From NCBI RefSeq assembly GCF_037189685.1, contig NZ_JBBCIT010000003.1, positions 106,014 through 170,013 of the forward strand: a stretch of 64,000 bases of DNA. Reading direction: 5' to 3'. The DNA comes from Phenylobacterium sp. (GTDB lineage: Bacteria > Pseudomonadota > Alphaproteobacteria > Caulobacterales > Caulobacteraceae). The notes under the pieces were generated by a model, which worked only from the letters and a program-made list of their open reading frames with translations, did no database searches and had not been told where the DNA came from. Position 1 is the first letter of the stretch; every line of letters starts with the position of its first letter. Shown one piece after another: positions 17,934 through 32,575 of this stretch. The position numbers were made by a program, and so were the translations under genes.

Positions 17934-18572
17934 TCAGCGCGGCGCGGCGGCGCCGACCGGGTTGCCCTGCTGATCGAGGCGTTCACGATCGAACGTGAAC
18001 TGGGTGATCTTGGCGTTCAGCGCCGTGACCACCTGGGGCGTGATGTCCGCCGCCGGATTGGCCAGGATGATCGAGTTGCGGTTCACGAGCACCGAACAAC
18101 CCTTGGCCTGGTAGGCCTGACGGATCAGGGGCTCCATCTCTTCGCCGACGCGGCCGAACGCCTTCTGCTCGGTCACCTGCAGCTCGCGCTCGCGCTGCTG
18201 GGCCTTGCGCTGCAGCGCGTTGGCCTTGACCTGGAGGGCGGACGCCCGCTGCTCCAGCGTGTTCTGGTCCAGGGTGGCGCGCTGGCTCTCGAGGGTCTTG
18301 CCCTCGTTCTCGATGGCCGTGCGCTCGCCGTTCAGCTCCGCGTTGACCTGGCCGACCAGTTGCTGGAGCCGGGTCTGGACGAACTTGCCCACCGCCGAGC
18401 CTCCGATCGCGGCCTCGACCGAGACCACGCAGAGGCCGGGCGCAACGGCGCCGTGGGTCACCTGGGGGGCTGTGGTCGTGGCCGGCGGCGGAACCTGGGC
18501 GAAGGCGGGAGCCGCGCCGCTGAGCGCGACGGCTGCGGCGCAGCCGGCCGCGGCGAGGGTCTTGAGGGTCAT
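17934..18572 (-). CDS. OmpH/Skp-family periplasmic chaperone
   Basis: From ATG 18572: signal peptide MTLKTLAAAGCAAAVALSGAAPAFA, then a coiled-coil-rich Gln/Glu region. Positioned between bamA and lpxD. Confidence 0.85.
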   Translation of the reverse strand: MTLKTLAAAGCAAAVALSGAAPAFAQVPPPATTTAPQVTHGAVAPGLCVVSVEAAIGGSAVGKFVQTRLQQLVGQVNAELNGERTAIENEGKTLESQRATLDQNTLEQRASALQVKANALQRKAQQRERELQVTEQKAFGRVGEEMEPLIRQAYQAKGCSVLVNRNSIILANPAADITPQVVTALNAKITQFTFDRERLDQQGNPVGAAAPR

Positions 18573-18579
18573 GCTTTTC

Positions 18580-21033
18580 CTAGAACCTGGTTGAAGTGGA
18601 GAACCGGAACGTTTCGGTCTTGTCGTAGTCTTCCTTGGCCAAAACGCGGCTGAAATCGAAGCGGATGGGCCCCATCGGCGAGCGCCAGAAGATGCTGACG
18701 CCAGCCGATGCACGAAGCGAAAGGTCGTCGCGGATGCAGGGATTGCGCGTGCCCACGACGGCCGGCGTCGTGATCGTCTGGGTCGGATCGTTCGGATCGA
18801 GCACGGTGCAGCCCGCATCGCCTGCGCGGAACAGCAGGTCGCGCTTGTCCAGCTTGCCCAGCGTGCCGAAGTCCGAGAACAGCGCCGCCTTGATCCCGTA
18901 CTGCTCGGGCAGGAAGGTCGGGACGGTGAGTTCCACCGTGCTGATCGCATAGGCCTTGCCGCCCAGGGCGTCGGTGCGCTGGAGGCCGACGTCACGGGGA
19001 CCGATGCCCGCGGTCTCGAAGCCACGGAACGTCAGGCCGCCCTTGTAGTAGCGGTCGTTGATCCGCACGGGATCGCCGCCCCATCCGGTCACGTAGCCGG
19101 CCGACCCGGTGATCGAGAAGATGAAGTCCTTGGTGAAGCCGTAGAACCAGGCCGCCTCGATGTCGGTGCGGATGAAGTTCACGTCGCCGCCCAGGCCCGC
19201 CACGTCCTGGTTGAAGTCGACGTAGAAGCCCCGGGTCGGGTTCAGGAAGTCGTTCCGGCGATCCAGGCGCGCGCCGTAGCCCACCAGCGACGTCAGGAAG
19301 GTGCCCACCTGATCGCACAGCACGGCCGAATAGACCGGCGGATTCACCGACCCGTCCTCGTTCGTGGTGGCCGTGCAGAAGAAGTCGTCGATCTTGATCT
19401 CGTCCTGGCGCAGCGTGTAGCGGATCGCGCCCCGGCTATCGATGCTCAGCGGGAAGTTCGCCCGGAAGGTCGTGCCGTAGGTGGTGGTCTCGTAGGCCGA
19501 GAACTCGGACAGGTCGTACCGGTAGCCGTAGAGGTCGATCCCCGCGGCCACGTCGCGGCCCAGGAAGCGCGGCTCGGTGAACGAGAAGTCCAGTTGCTGG
19601 CGCAGCGAGCCCACCGAGATCCGCGCGCGGACGTCCTGGCCCCGGCCGCGGAAGTTGCGCTGGGTCACGCCCAGGTCCAGCACGAGCTGGTCGACCGAGG
19701 AATAGCCCGCGCTGAACGACAGCTCGCCCGTGGGCTGCTCCTCGACCCGAACCTGGAGCGCGGTGCGGTCCGGGGCCGAGCCCTGGACCTCCTCGATCTC
19801 GACTTCCTTGAAGTAGCCGAGCGCGCGGATCTGGCGTTTCGAGCGATCGACCAGCGCGCGGTTGTAGGCGTCGCCCTCCACCACGCTCATCTCGCGGCGG
19901 ATGACGTAGTCCAGGGTCTGGGTGTTGCCCACGATGTCGATGCGGTCGACGTAGACCCGCGGCCCCTCGGCGACCTGGAAGGTCACGTCCACGACGCCCT
20001 TTTCGCGATCGGGGGTATAGCGGGGCCGGACGTCCACGAAGGCGAAGCCGGCAGCGCCGGCGGCGAAGGTGAGCGCGTCGGTCGCCTGCTCGATCGCCTC
20101 GTCCTGATAGCCCTGGCCGGACCGGATCGGGATCAGGGCTTCCAGCACCCGCTTGTCCAGCTTCTGAAGCTCGGTCTGCACCTCGACCTTGCCGAACCGG
20201 TACCGGGGGCCTTCGTCGACGGTGTAGGTCACCACGAAGCCGTTCCGGTCGGGCGACAGCTCGGCCACCGCCGACGAGACGCGGAAGTCGTAGTAGCCGC
20301 GATTGCGGTAGTGCTTCCGGAGCTGCTCCTTGTCGTACTCCATGCGGTCGGGGTCGTAGTTCGCCTGGGACGAGGAGAAGAACTTGTACCAGCGGCTTTC
20401 CTCGGTCACGACGACGTCGCGCAGGTCGTTGTCCGAGAACGCCCGGTTGCCCAGGAAGTTGACCGAGAGGATGCCGCTCTTCGGCCCCTCGTCGATCTTG
20501 AAGATCAGGTCCACCCGCTTCTGCGGCAGCTCGATGATCTGGGGCGTGACGGTGGCCGAGATCCGGCCCGAGCGCCGGTAGAGCTCCACGATCCGCTGAA
20601 CGTCGCCCTGCGCCTTGGCGCGGGTGAAGATGCCCCGCGGCCGCACCGTGACCTCGTCGCGGAGCTTGTCCTCCTTGAGGCCCGAGTTCCCCTCGAAGAT
20701 GACGCGGTTGATGATCGGGTTCTCGACCACGGTGACCACGAGGTCGCCGTTCTGGAAGTCGATCGAGACGTCCGAGAACAGATCGGTGCGGAAGAGCGCC
20801 TTCAGCGCCAGGTCGATCCGCTGGGCGTCCACCGCTTCGCCCGCCGCCACCGGCAGGTACGAAATAACCGTCGTGGCCTCGATCCGTTCGTTGCCCTGGA
20901 CGAGGATGCGCTGGATGACCCCACCCTGCTCCTGCTGGGCCACGGCGACGCCGGGCGCGACGAGCGCGGTCGTGCCGAAAAGCAGGGCAAGGCCGGAGGC
21001 GAGCGCGGCGCTGGAGGCGCGGGTTCTGAGCAT
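18580..21033 (-). CDS. bamA: outer membrane protein assembly factor BamA
   Basis: 817 aa. Signal peptide, POTRA repeats (IQRILVQGNERIE...), and a C-terminal beta-barrel ending in F. Confidence 0.95.
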   Translation of the reverse strand: MLRTRASSAALASGLALLFGTTALVAPGVAVAQQEQGGVIQRILVQGNERIEATTVISYLPVAAGEAVDAQRIDLALKALFRTDLFSDVSIDFQNGDLVVTVVENPIINRVIFEGNSGLKEDKLRDEVTVRPRGIFTRAKAQGDVQRIVELYRRSGRISATVTPQIIELPQKRVDLIFKIDEGPKSGILSVNFLGNRAFSDNDLRDVVVTEESRWYKFFSSSQANYDPDRMEYDKEQLRKHYRNRGYYDFRVSSAVAELSPDRNGFVVTYTVDEGPRYRFGKVEVQTELQKLDKRVLEALIPIRSGQGYQDEAIEQATDALTFAAGAAGFAFVDVRPRYTPDREKGVVDVTFQVAEGPRVYVDRIDIVGNTQTLDYVIRREMSVVEGDAYNRALVDRSKRQIRALGYFKEVEIEEVQGSAPDRTALQVRVEEQPTGELSFSAGYSSVDQLVLDLGVTQRNFRGRGQDVRARISVGSLRQQLDFSFTEPRFLGRDVAAGIDLYGYRYDLSEFSAYETTTYGTTFRANFPLSIDSRGAIRYTLRQDEIKIDDFFCTATTNEDGSVNPPVYSAVLCDQVGTFLTSLVGYGARLDRRNDFLNPTRGFYVDFNQDVAGLGGDVNFIRTDIEAAWFYGFTKDFIFSITGSAGYVTGWGGDPVRINDRYYKGGLTFRGFETAGIGPRDVGLQRTDALGGKAYAISTVELTVPTFLPEQYGIKAALFSDFGTLGKLDKRDLLFRAGDAGCTVLDPNDPTQTITTPAVVGTRNPCIRDDLSLRASAGVSIFWRSPMGPIRFDFSRVLAKEDYDKTETFRFSTSTRF

Positions 21034-21062
21034 CGAATCAGCCGTTTGAGGGACGAGCGGGC

Positions 21063-22280
21063 CTAGGAGAATAGGCCGCCGAACAGATTGAACACACGCA
21101 GGCGCTGCAAATCGTTCCAGGTGGCGAACAACATCAAACCGAGAACGAGCGCAAGGCCTACGCGGTACCCTGCCGCTTGAACCTTGGCGGCAAGAGGGCG
21201 CCGGGCGACCGCCTCGTAGGCGTAGAACATCAGGTGGCCGCCATCCAGCACCGGCACGGGCAACAGGTTCATGAAGCCGATGCTCACCGAGATCAGGGCG
21301 GCGAGCTGGAGCAGGTTGACGCCGGAGCGGAGCAGCATGTCACCGAGCCCGTCCGAACCCTCTGCGCCGAGAGCCGCGACCTTGCCCGTCACGGTGGCGA
21401 TGCCCAGCGGCCCTCTCAGTTCGTCGGCGTGGACCTGTCCGGTGATCATCCGGCCGAGGTAGTAGATCGTGGTCTGCAGCGTCCGCCACGTACGGTCGGT
21501 TCCGCGCACCACGGCCTCGATGGGGCCGTAGTGGACCTGGACGAAATCATCCCGGCCCTGAGCCGGCCGGATGCCCAGGGTTCCGATGCGCTGGCGACCG
21601 GCGACCGGATCGTCTGTCGTGCGCCACGCCGGCGTCGCGTTCAGCGTCACCCGCTGGCCGCCACGGTCGACGACGAATTCCGTGGGCACGTTCGCCCGCA
21701 CGGTGACGACCTCGCGGATGTCGTCGAATCGGGTGACGGGCCGACCCGCCGCCTGGACGATCAGGTCGCCCGGCCGGAAGCCCGCCGCCGCCGCGGGAGT
21801 ATCGGGCTCGACTACCGCGATCCGCGCCGGAAGGACCCATTCGCCGAACGACATCAGCAGGGCGGCGAAGATCGCGATGGCCAACAGGAAGTTCGCGATC
21901 GGCCCCGCTGCGACGATCGTCGCCCGCTGCCAGATCGGCTTGAAGTGGAAGTAGCGGGCGATCTCCGGCCCCCGGCCCTGGGCGACCAGTTCGCGGCGCA
22001 TGTCCGCCAGATCCTCGGCGTCGGGGATGCTGGCGGCGTTCTCGTCGCCCGCGAATCGGACGTAACCGCCGATCGGCAGCCAGCCCAGGCGCCACTCGAC
22101 GCCGCCCTTGTCCTTCCAGGACGCGATGGCGCGGCCGAAGCCGATGGAGAACCGGTCGATCTTGGTCCCCAGCGCCTTGGCCGCCAGGAAGTGGCCCAGC
22201 TCGTGGACCGTCACCACCACGCCCAGCACCAGCAGGAACGGGATCACGTAGAGCAGCGCGGTCTGGAGGAACGGGATCAT
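21063..22280 (-). CDS. rseP: RIP zinc metalloprotease RseP (site-2 protease)
   Basis: HELGHFLAAK zinc motif in the first TM region, a central PDZ-like region, and a C-terminal NLLPVPVLDGGH motif. Confidence 0.93.
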   Translation of the reverse strand: MIPFLQTALLYVIPFLLVLGVVVTVHELGHFLAAKALGTKIDRFSIGFGRAIASWKDKGGVEWRLGWLPIGGYVRFAGDENAASIPDAEDLADMRRELVAQGRGPEIARYFHFKPIWQRATIVAAGPIANFLLAIAIFAALLMSFGEWVLPARIAVVEPDTPAAAAGFRPGDLIVQAAGRPVTRFDDIREVVTVRANVPTEFVVDRGGQRVTLNATPAWRTTDDPVAGRQRIGTLGIRPAQGRDDFVQVHYGPIEAVVRGTDRTWRTLQTTIYYLGRMITGQVHADELRGPLGIATVTGKVAALGAEGSDGLGDMLLRSGVNLLQLAALISVSIGFMNLLPVPVLDGGHLMFYAYEAVARRPLAAKVQAAGYRVGLALVLGLMLFATWNDLQRLRVFNLFGGLFS

Positions 22281-22296
22281 GGGCGCGTCTACTCCA

Positions 22297-23493
22297 TCAG
22301 GCGGCGCAGAGGCCGCTCACGACCGCGTCGGCGACCCGCCGGGCCGCCGCGTCGGTGCCGCGGGCGCGTTCGACGGCGTCCCCGTCCCGGCTGGAAAGTT
22401 CCGAGGAACGATCCATCCGCTCCAGCGTCTCGGCCACCACCCGGGGGATATCGAGGAAGCCGATACGCCGGTCAAGGAACGCCGCGACGGCGCGCTCGTT
22501 GGCCGCATTCATCGCCGCCGGGGCTTCCCCGCCCGTCACCAGGGCCTGCTTGGCGATGGCCAGGGCCGGAAAGCGGCTGGAATCCGGATGCTGGAAGGTC
22601 AGCGGGCCGGCCGTCACCAGGTCCAGCTTGGGCGCCGGCCAGGGCAACCGGTCGGGCCAGGCGAAGGCGCAGGCGATCGGCGGGCGCATGTCGGGGGGGC
22701 CGAGCTGGGCCAGGGTCGAGCCATCGGCGTATTCGACGAGGCTGTGGATGATCTGCTGGGGATGGACCAGGACTTCGATCCGCTCGGGCGGCATGGAGAA
22801 CAGGTAGGCGGCCTCGATGACCTCCAGGCCCTTGTTCATCATGGTCGCGGAATCGATCGAAATCTTGGCGCCCATCGAGAAGTTGGGATGCGCCAGGGCG
22901 CGTTCGGGCGTGGCGGCGGCCATCTCGCCGGAGGTCGCGTCGCGGAACGGCCCGCCCGACGAGGTGAGGATGAGGCGCGAGACCGAATCGGCGATCGCCG
23001 GGTCCAGCACCTGGAAGATGGCCGAATGCTCGGAATCCACCGGCACCACGGCCCCGCCCGCCAGCTTCGCCGTGCGGAGCAGCGAGGGGCCCGCGCAGAC
23101 GAGGCTCTCCTTGTTGGCCAGCGCGATCACCGCCCCGGCCCGCGCCGCGGCCAGGGTGGGCGCCAGCCCGGCGAATCCCACGATGGCCGACATCACCCAC
23201 TGGGCGTCGGCCGCCGCGGCGTCGCTGACCGCGCCCGCGCCCGCTGCGGTCTCGATCCCCGAGCCCCTCAGGCGTTCACGCAGTTCCGGTAGGCCGGCCT
23301 CGTCCTCCAGCACCGCCAGCGCCGGGCGCCAGCGCAGCGCCTGCTCGGCCAGGCGGGCGACATTGCGGCCGGCCGTCAGGGCGACGACGTCGATCTCGAC
23401 ATCGGCCTGTTCGAAGAGATCCAGGGTCGAGACGCCGATCGAGCCCGTCGAGCCCAGGACGCTGACCTTCCGCGGCAGGTTCAATGTCCCCAT
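22297..23493 (-). CDS. dxr: 1-deoxy-D-xylulose-5-phosphate reductoisomerase
   Basis: From ATG 23493 in ORF 22297..24039. [21 protein letters not shown] motif and LANKESLV. The start overlaps the cdsA 3' end by 13 nt. Confidence 0.93.
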   Translation of the reverse strand: MGTLNLPRKVSVLGSTGSIGVSTLDLFEQADVEIDVVALTAGRNVARLAEQALRWRPALAVLEDEAGLPELRERLRGSGIETAAGAGAVSDAAAADAQWVMSAIVGFAGLAPTLAAARAGAVIALANKESLVCAGPSLLRTAKLAGGAVVPVDSEHSAIFQVLDPAIADSVSRLILTSSGGPFRDATSGEMAAATPERALAHPNFSMGAKISIDSATMMNKGLEVIEAAYLFSMPPERIEVLVHPQQIIHSLVEYADGSTLAQLGPPDMRPPIACAFAWPDRLPWPAPKLDLVTAGPLTFQHPDSSRFPALAIAKQALVTGGEAPAAMNAANERAVAAFLDRRIGFLDIPRVVAETLERMDRSSELSSRDGDAVERARGTDAAARRVADAVVSGLCAA

Positions 23494-24326
23494 CCCCAAT
23501 GGTTGGCGAGCCGGAGCGCCGCCATCACGACCACAGCAAACATCAGGCCGTCCACCCGGTCGAGCAGGCCCCCATGTCCGGGAATGAGGTCTCCGGAATC
23601 CTTCACCCCGAATCGTCGCTTCAGCGCCGATTCCCAGAGGTCGCCCGCCATGGTCGCGAGGCCCACGGCCAGCCCGATGCCGGCCGCCGCCCAGACGTTG
23701 AGCTCGAACGCCGACTGCGTGGCCATGAGCGCGCCGACGCCCGTCGCCGCCGCCAGGCCCCCGACGAAGCCGGACCAGGTCTTGTTGGGTGAAAAGCGCG
23801 GCCAGAGCTTGGGGCCCTTGAGCGTGCTGCCCACGGCGAAGGCGCCGATGTCGGCCGCCCAGGTGGCGGCGAACAGCATCAGCGTCCACCAGTGGCCCTG
23901 GTTCGTGGAGCGAAGCCAGACCAGGCAAAGCGCCGCGGGCGCGATGTAGAGCACGCCATAGGCGGCGTCCGCCGGCCGCTCGGCCACCCCCCGGGCGATC
24001 ACCGCGGCTCCGGCCGCCGTGACCAGGATCGCGCCCCACGCCCAGATGAAGTCACCCCGATAACCGACGAAAACAGCTATGAGAACGGCGGCGGCGACAG
24101 CCGCGGCGACCCGCGTCGGCGCGACCGGGGCGCTCATGCCGCCCCACTCGATGGCCAGCAGCGCCACGCCCACGGCGATCAGCACCAGATACGGCCAGCC
24201 GCCGAACCACGCCGCCGCGATCGCCGCCGGGACCAGGACCACGGCCGACGCCACGCGCAAGCCGAGGTTGGACCAGTCGAACCGCTTAGCCGGCGGCGAG
24301 GACGTCATCGGCAACGATTGCGCCAT
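23481..24326 (-). CDS. cdsA: phosphatidate cytidylyltransferase
   Basis: Polytopic protein. C-terminal signature [27 protein letters not shown]. An alternative start lies at 24308. Confidence 0.92.
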   Translation of the reverse strand: MAQSLPMTSSPPAKRFDWSNLGLRVASAVVLVPAAIAAAWFGGWPYLVLIAVGVALLAIEWGGMSAPVAPTRVAAAVAAAVLIAVFVGYRGDFIWAWGAILVTAAGAAVIARGVAERPADAAYGVLYIAPAALCLVWLRSTNQGHWWTLMLFAATWAADIGAFAVGSTLKGPKLWPRFSPNKTWSGFVGGLAAATGVGALMATQSAFELNVWAAAGIGLAVGLATMAGDLWESALKRRFGVKDSGDLIPGHGGLLDRVDGLMFAVVVMAALRLANHWGWGH

Positions 24327-25077
24327 AGCGCCGGTCCCGGGCCGCGAATTCGGCCAATGCGGCCCTCAGGTGCTCTTCGCCATAGTCCGGCCAGAGGACG
24401 TCCTGGAACACCAACTCGGCGTACGCCGCCTCCCACAGGAGGAAGTTCGACAGCCGCTGCTCGCCGGACGGCCGCACGATCACATCGGGCGGCGGCGCGC
24501 CGGAGGACGAGAGCAGGCCGCCGAAGCGCGCTTCGTCCAGGTCCCCGGGACGAGCCGTCCCGGCCGCCACCTGTTCGGCGAACCGGCGGGCGGCGTCGAC
24601 GATGTCGGCCTGCCCGCCATAATTGAAGGCGATGTTCAGGTGGAAGGCGTCGTTGCCGGCGGTGCGGGCCTGGGCCTCGTCCAGAAGCCGGATCAGTTCC
24701 TTCGACAGGCCTTCCCGGCGGCCCAGCGCACGCACACGAACCCCTTCCCGCTCCAGCCGCGCCAGGTCGGTCTCGAAATACCGCTTGGGAAGCGCCATCA
24801 GTTCGGCCACCTCGGCCGCCGGCCGGCTCCAGTTCTCGGTCGAAAAGCCGAAGACGGTGAGCCAGCCGATCCCCAGCTTCGGGGCGGCCGACACCGTGCG
24901 GCGCAGCGCCTCGACGCCGGCGCGATGTCCCAGAGACCGCGGCAGGCCCCGCTGCTTCGCCCAGCGCCCGTTCCCGTCCATCACCACCGCGACGTGCAGC
25001 GGCCGAACGCCCTCGCCTTCGCTCCCGGGCGGGTGGCCGGGGGTGTCCCCGAACGGCGGCGTGTGGGCGGAGGCCAT
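24286..25077 (-). CDS. uppS: di-trans,poly-cis-undecaprenyl-diphosphate synthase
   Basis: HVAVVMDGNGRWA and FSTENWSRP motifs. Confidence 0.95.
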   Translation of the reverse strand: MASAHTPPFGDTPGHPPGSEGEGVRPLHVAVVMDGNGRWAKQRGLPRSLGHRAGVEALRRTVSAAPKLGIGWLTVFGFSTENWSRPAAEVAELMALPKRYFETDLARLEREGVRVRALGRREGLSKELIRLLDEAQARTAGNDAFHLNIAFNYGGQADIVDAARRFAEQVAAGTARPGDLDEARFGGLLSSSGAPPPDVIVRPSGEQRLSNFLLWEAAYAELVFQDVLWPDYGEEHLRAALAEFAARDRRYGAIVADDVLAAG

Positions 25078-25104
25078 GAGGCGCGTGCGATCCTGTCCGG
25101 GAGA

Positions 25105-25671
25105 TCAGACCTGCATGATCTCTTGTTCCTTGGTTTTCAAGGCTTCGTCCACGCGCTTGATGGCTTCGTCGGTGAACTTCTGCACCTCCGCCTCCATGCG
25201 CTTCTCCTCGTCCTGGCTGATGACGCCGTCCTTCTGGGCCTTGCGGCAGTCGTCGTTGGCGTCCCGGCGCACGTTGCGGATGGCGATGCGCTGCTGCTCG
25301 GCGTACTTGCCGGCGATCTTGGCGATCTCCTTGCGGCGCTCCTCGGTCAGGGGCGGGATCGGCAGGCGCAGGGTGGTGCCGTCCACGACCGGGTTGAGGC
25401 CCAGGTCCGAGGCGCGGATCGCCTTCTCCACCGACACCACCAGGCCGCGGTCCCAGACGTTGACCGTGATCATGCGGGGTTCGGGGACGCTGATCGCGCC
25501 CACCTGGTTCAAAGGCGTGCTCGCGCCATAGGCTTCGACGTGGATCTGGTCCAGCAGGCTGGCCGAGGCGCGTCCCGTGCGCAGCGAGCCGAACTCCTCC
25601 TTCAGGGCGGCGACCGCCTTGTCCATGCGGTCCTTGTACTTCGACAGCACCGGCTTTTCGGTCGCGGCCAT
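25105..25671 (-). CDS. frr: ribosome recycling factor
   Basis: 188 aa. Typical RRF sequence ([21 protein letters not shown]). Confidence 0.95.
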   Translation of the reverse strand: MAATEKPVLSKYKDRMDKAVAALKEEFGSLRTGRASASLLDQIHVEAYGASTPLNQVGAISVPEPRMITVNVWDRGLVVSVEKAIRASDLGLNPVVDGTTLRLPIPPLTEERRKEIAKIAGKYAEQQRIAIRNVRRDANDDCRKAQKDGVISQDEEKRMEAEVQKFTDEAIKRVDEALKTKEQEIMQV

Positions 25672-25713
25672 GTCGGCGTCTCCGTCTCTTGTCGTTGTCC
25701 GGGAATACTCGGG

Positions 25714-26433
25714 TCAGGCGATGGTCGTGAAGACCCCTTCGCCCTTCAGCACTTTCAGCAGGTTGCCGCGTTCGCGGATGTTGAACACCACGATCGGGAT
25801 CTGGTTGTCGCGCATCAGGCTCACGGCCGAGGCGTCCATAACCTTCAGGTTCTTCGCCAGCACGTCGGTGTAGCTCAGGGTCTCGTAGCGCGTGGCCGAG
25901 GCGTCGGCCTTGGGGTCGGCGGTATAGACCCCGTCCACGCTGGTGCCCTTGAACAGCGCCTCGGCGCCCATCTCGGCCGCGCGCAGGGCGGCGCCGGAAT
26001 CGGTGGTGAAGAACGGCGCGCCGACGCCGGCGGCGAAGATCACCACCCGGCCCTTCTCCAGGTGGCGCAGGGCGCGCCGGCGGATATAGGGCTCGCAGAC
26101 CGCGTCCATCGGGATGGCCGACTGCACGCGGGTGAAGACGCCCAGCTTTTCGAGCGCCGCCTGCAGCGCCAGCGCGTTCATCACGGTAGCCAGCATGCCC
26201 ATGTAGTCGGCGCTGGCCCGTTCCATGCCGGCTTCGGCGAGGGCCGCGCCGCGGAAGATGTTGCCGCCGCCGACCACCACGGCCACCTGGATGCCCGCAC
26301 GGGTCACCTGGGCGATCTCGTCGGCCACGGCGGCCAGGGTCGCCGGATCGATGCCGAACTTGTCGCCGCCGACGCCCGCCTCCCCCGAGAGCTTCAGGAG
26401 GATGCGTTTGTAGCGCGGCTTGTCGGCGGGCAT
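25714..26433 (-). CDS. pyrH: UMP kinase
   Basis: From ATG 26433 in ORF 25714..26724: [12 protein letters not shown] and [10 protein letters not shown]. Confidence 0.95.
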   Translation of the reverse strand: MPADKPRYKRILLKLSGEAGVGGDKFGIDPATLAAVADEIAQVTRAGIQVAVVVGGGNIFRGAALAEAGMERASADYMGMLATVMNALALQAALEKLGVFTRVQSAIPMDAVCEPYIRRRALRHLEKGRVVIFAAGVGAPFFTTDSGAALRAAEMGAEALFKGTSVDGVYTADPKADASATRYETLSYTDVLAKNLKVMDASAVSLMRDNQIPIVVFNIRERGNLLKVLKGEGVFTTIA

Positions 26434-26469
26434 GGGCGAGTCCTGATTGGCGAACGGAACATACAGCAA

Positions 26470-26498
26470 GGGCGCGGCGCGTCGAACGCGCCGCGCCC
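26470..26498 (-). terminator. probable tsf terminator hairpin
   Basis: Perfect 12-bp GC stem gggcgcggcgcg / cgcgccgcgccc with a 5-nt loop, 22 nt after the tsf stop. On the minus strand it is followed by the T-rich ttgctgtatgttccgtt. Confidence 0.6.
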
Positions 26499-26519
26499 CG
26501 GCAGTCTCAGCGATGCGGC

Positions 26520-27458
26520 TCAGGCGCCGCCGGTCATCGAAGCGACTTCCGCGGCGAAGTCGTCGGCCTTCTTGTCCACGCCTTCGCCCAGGGCGAGACG
26601 CACGAAGCCTTTCAGCGACACGGCCCCGCCCACCTGCTTGCCCGTCTCGGCGACGAGTTGCTCGATGGTCTGGTCCGGGTTCATGACGAACGGCTGCTTC
26701 AGGAGAACGACCTCCTCCTGCCACTTGCGGATGCGGCCCTCGACCATCTTCTCGGCGATCTCGCGGGGCTTGCCCGACTCCATCGCCGTCTGGGTCTGGA
26801 TCTCGCGCTCCTTCGCCACCACGGCGGGGTCCAGCTCGTCCGACGTCAGCGCCAGAGGCGGGGTCGGCGTGCCGGCCACGTGCAGGGCGATCTTGCGCGC
26901 CACCTCGCCCAGGACGGCCTGGTCGCCCGGGCCTTCCAGCGCCACCAGCACCGCCAGGCGGGCCACGTCGTCGCCCTGCTTGTTGTGCAGGTAGAGCGAC
27001 ACCGCGCCCTGGTCGACCGACAGCTTGGCCGCGCGGCGCAGGCGCATGTTCTCGCCGATCGTCGCGATCAGGTTGGTGATCACGTCGCTGACGACCTCGC
27101 CCGACGCCGTCTTGGCCGCGGTGATCGCGTCCACGTCGCCACTGGTGGTCAGGGCCACCTCGGCGAACGCGCGCGCCGCGTTCTGGAACGACTCGTTCTT
27201 GGCCACGAAGTCGGTCTCGGCGTTGAACTCGACCAGCACGCCGGTCTTGCCGTCGGCCGCGATCTTGCCGGCCACCAGGCCTTCGGCCGCGGCCCGGTCG
27301 GCCTTCTTGGCCGCCTTGGCCAGGCCCTTCGTCCGCAGCCAGTCCATCGCGGCGTCGACGTCGCCGCCCGTTTCCTGCAGCGCCTTCTTGCAGTCCATCA
27401 TGCCGGCGCCGGATTTTTCGCGCAGGTCCTTGACCAGCGCAGCGGTGATTTCCGCCAT
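26520..27458 (-). CDS. tsf: elongation factor Ts
   Basis: Start taken at ATG 27458: [27 protein letters not shown]. Confidence 0.95.
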   Translation of the reverse strand: MAEITAALVKDLREKSGAGMMDCKKALQETGGDVDAAMDWLRTKGLAKAAKKADRAAAEGLVAGKIAADGKTGVLVEFNAETDFVAKNESFQNAARAFAEVALTTSGDVDAITAAKTASGEVVSDVITNLIATIGENMRLRRAAKLSVDQGAVSLYLHNKQGDDVARLAVLVALEGPGDQAVLGEVARKIALHVAGTPTPPLALTSDELDPAVVAKEREIQTQTAMESGKPREIAEKMVEGRIRKWQEEVVLLKQPFVMNPDQTIEQLVAETGKQVGGAVSLKGFVRLALGEGVDKKADDFAAEVASMTGGA

Positions 27459-27563
27459 GGTCAGCTCCTTCAAGGTCTTTGAATCACGACAGACCCCCGG
27501 TGTGAGGGCCCGTCGTCAGGGTTTTGTGACAGCCAGTCCTCCGACCAGGCGCCCGAGAGCGCC

Positions 27564-28439
27564 TCAGCCGGCCTGTTCTTCGCCCGCCGCATCGGCCGCG
27601 GGGGCTTCGGCGCCGGTCATCTCGGCTTCGAGGGCCGCAGCTTCCGGCGCGGTGACCTCGGGTTCGGCCGCCGGTTCCGGCGTCAGCTCACGGGCCAGCG
27701 TCGGCTCGATCGGCGCTTCCGAGGCGCCCAGGTCCACGCCCGCGGCCGACTGGCCGGCGGCCAGGCCATCGAGCACCGCGTCGGCGAGCAGGTCGCAGTA
27801 GAGCTGGATCGCGCGGGCGGCGTCGTCGTTGCCGGGGATCGGATAGGTGATACCGTCCGGGTTGCAGTTCGTGTCCAGGATGGCGATCACCGGAATGTTG
27901 AGCTTCCGGGCTTCCTGAATCGCGATCGCTTCCTTGTTGGTGTCGATCACGAACATCAGGTCGGGAATGCCGCCCATGTCCTTGATGCCGCCCAGGCTGA
28001 GCTCCAGCTTGTCGCGTTCGCGGGTGAGCTGCAGCAGTTCCTTCTTCGAACGGCCCTGGCCTTCGCCGGTCACCACGCCGTCGAGTTCGCGCAGGCGCGT
28101 GATCGAGCCCGACACCGTGCGCCAGTTGGTGAGCGTGCCGCCCAGCCAGCGGTGGTTCACATAGTACTGGGCGCAGCGCTTCGCGGCCGTGGCGATCGGC
28201 TCGGAGGCCTGCCGCTTGGTGCCGACGAACAGGATGCGGCCGCCGCCGGCGGCGACCTCGCGCACCTTCACCAGGGCCTGGTGCAGCAGCGGGATCGACT
28301 GCGACAGGTCGATGATGTGGATGTTGGACCGCGAGCCGAAGATGTACTTGTCCATCTTCGGGTTCCAGCGGTGCGTCTGGTGGCCGAAGTGGGCGCCGGC
28401 TTCCAGGAGCTGGCGCATGGAGAAATCAGGCAGAGCCAT
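27564..28439 (-). CDS. rpsB: 30S ribosomal protein S2
   Basis: From ATG 28439: [29 protein letters not shown]. Ala/Glu-rich C-terminal tail. Confidence 0.95.
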   Translation of the reverse strand: MALPDFSMRQLLEAGAHFGHQTHRWNPKMDKYIFGSRSNIHIIDLSQSIPLLHQALVKVREVAAGGGRILFVGTKRQASEPIATAAKRCAQYYVNHRWLGGTLTNWRTVSGSITRLRELDGVVTGEGQGRSKKELLQLTRERDKLELSLGGIKDMGGIPDLMFVIDTNKEAIAIQEARKLNIPVIAILDTNCNPDGITYPIPGNDDAARAIQLYCDLLADAVLDGLAAGQSAAGVDLGASEAPIEPTLARELTPEPAAEPEVTAPEAAALEAEMTGAEAPAADAAGEEQAG

Positions 28440-28621
28440 CGTCTGTATCGTCTCTTTCTTCCGGTTGGACCGCCGCGGGCAAACCCTCCGAAGAGGACCG
28501 GAACGGACAGGACGGGATGTCTCCCCGCCCAAGACCGCACACCCGCGTGTGGATTGGAGCGGCGCATGTAGTGGGAAACAGGCCGGAAATCAAGACGAAG
28601 CGGCGACGCCCGTCGGTGCGG

Positions 28622-28918
28622 CTACCACGTCTTGCGCTTGGGGTCCGGGCCGAAGACGCTGGTCGTCGGGGCCTTGGGCTTCGGCGCAGCCTGATAGGGC
28701 GAGCGGCCCTCGGGGCGCTCGTAAGTGGACACGCCCTTGTAGGGTTTGAACGCCGGGGCGGCCGGCGCCTTCGGCGCGGAAGGCGCTGCGGGGGCGGCCG
28801 GCTTGGCCGCCGGCGCCCAGGGCTGGCGGCCGCCGTAGGTCCCTTGAGCGAACGCCGGAGCCGCTGCGGACCCCGCCAGGACGACCGTCAGCGCGGCCGA
28901 TATCAGCGCCGTTCTCAT
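28622..28918 (-). CDS. hypothetical small exported Pro/Ala-rich protein (98 aa)
   Basis: ORF 28622..28966, with start taken at ATG 28918. Signal peptide MRTALISAALTVVLAGSAAAPAFA, then a low-complexity PAAKPAAPAAPSAPKAPAAPA region. Confidence 0.5.
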   Translation of the reverse strand: MRTALISAALTVVLAGSAAAPAFAQGTYGGRQPWAPAAKPAAPAAPSAPKAPAAPAFKPYKGVSTYERPEGRSPYQAAPKPKAPTTSVFGPDPKRKTW

Positions 28919-28973
28919 TTTCGACCCCCCGAATTGCTGCACTAAGGAAAGCACGCAAGACGTCAACGCGCCA

Positions 28974-32435
<3,462 letters not shown>

Positions 32436-32440
32436 GGCGG

Positions 32441-32530
32441 TCAGCCCACCAGGCCGGCCACCGAACAGACCATCCAGACAAAGCTGGCCACCGACGCAAA
32501 CGCCAGCGATTCCCGGGCCAAGCGAACCAT
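32441..32530 (-). CDS. sidA: putative SOS-induced small hydrophobic membrane protein (29 aa), SidA-like
   Basis: [29 protein letters not shown]. Minus-strand AGGAGG (32545-32540) lies 9 nt before ATG 32530. A GAAC-N7-GAAC box lies about 45 bp upstream. The stop is 5 nt before the dnaE ATG. The symbol rests on architecture and synteny, not sequence identity. Confidence 0.5.
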   Translation of the reverse strand: MVRLARESLAFASVASFVWMVCSVAGLVG

Positions 32531-32575
32531 CTTCCGCATCCTCCTGTGGGGCGCCTGTGGAGAACCTGTAGGCGC

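Noticed and set aside
28440-28621. 182-bp rpsB upstream leader, considered as an S2-type autoregulatory RNA structure.
   Set aside because: I could not identify a convincing conserved pseudoknot or hairpin by eye. It would need covariance-model scanning.
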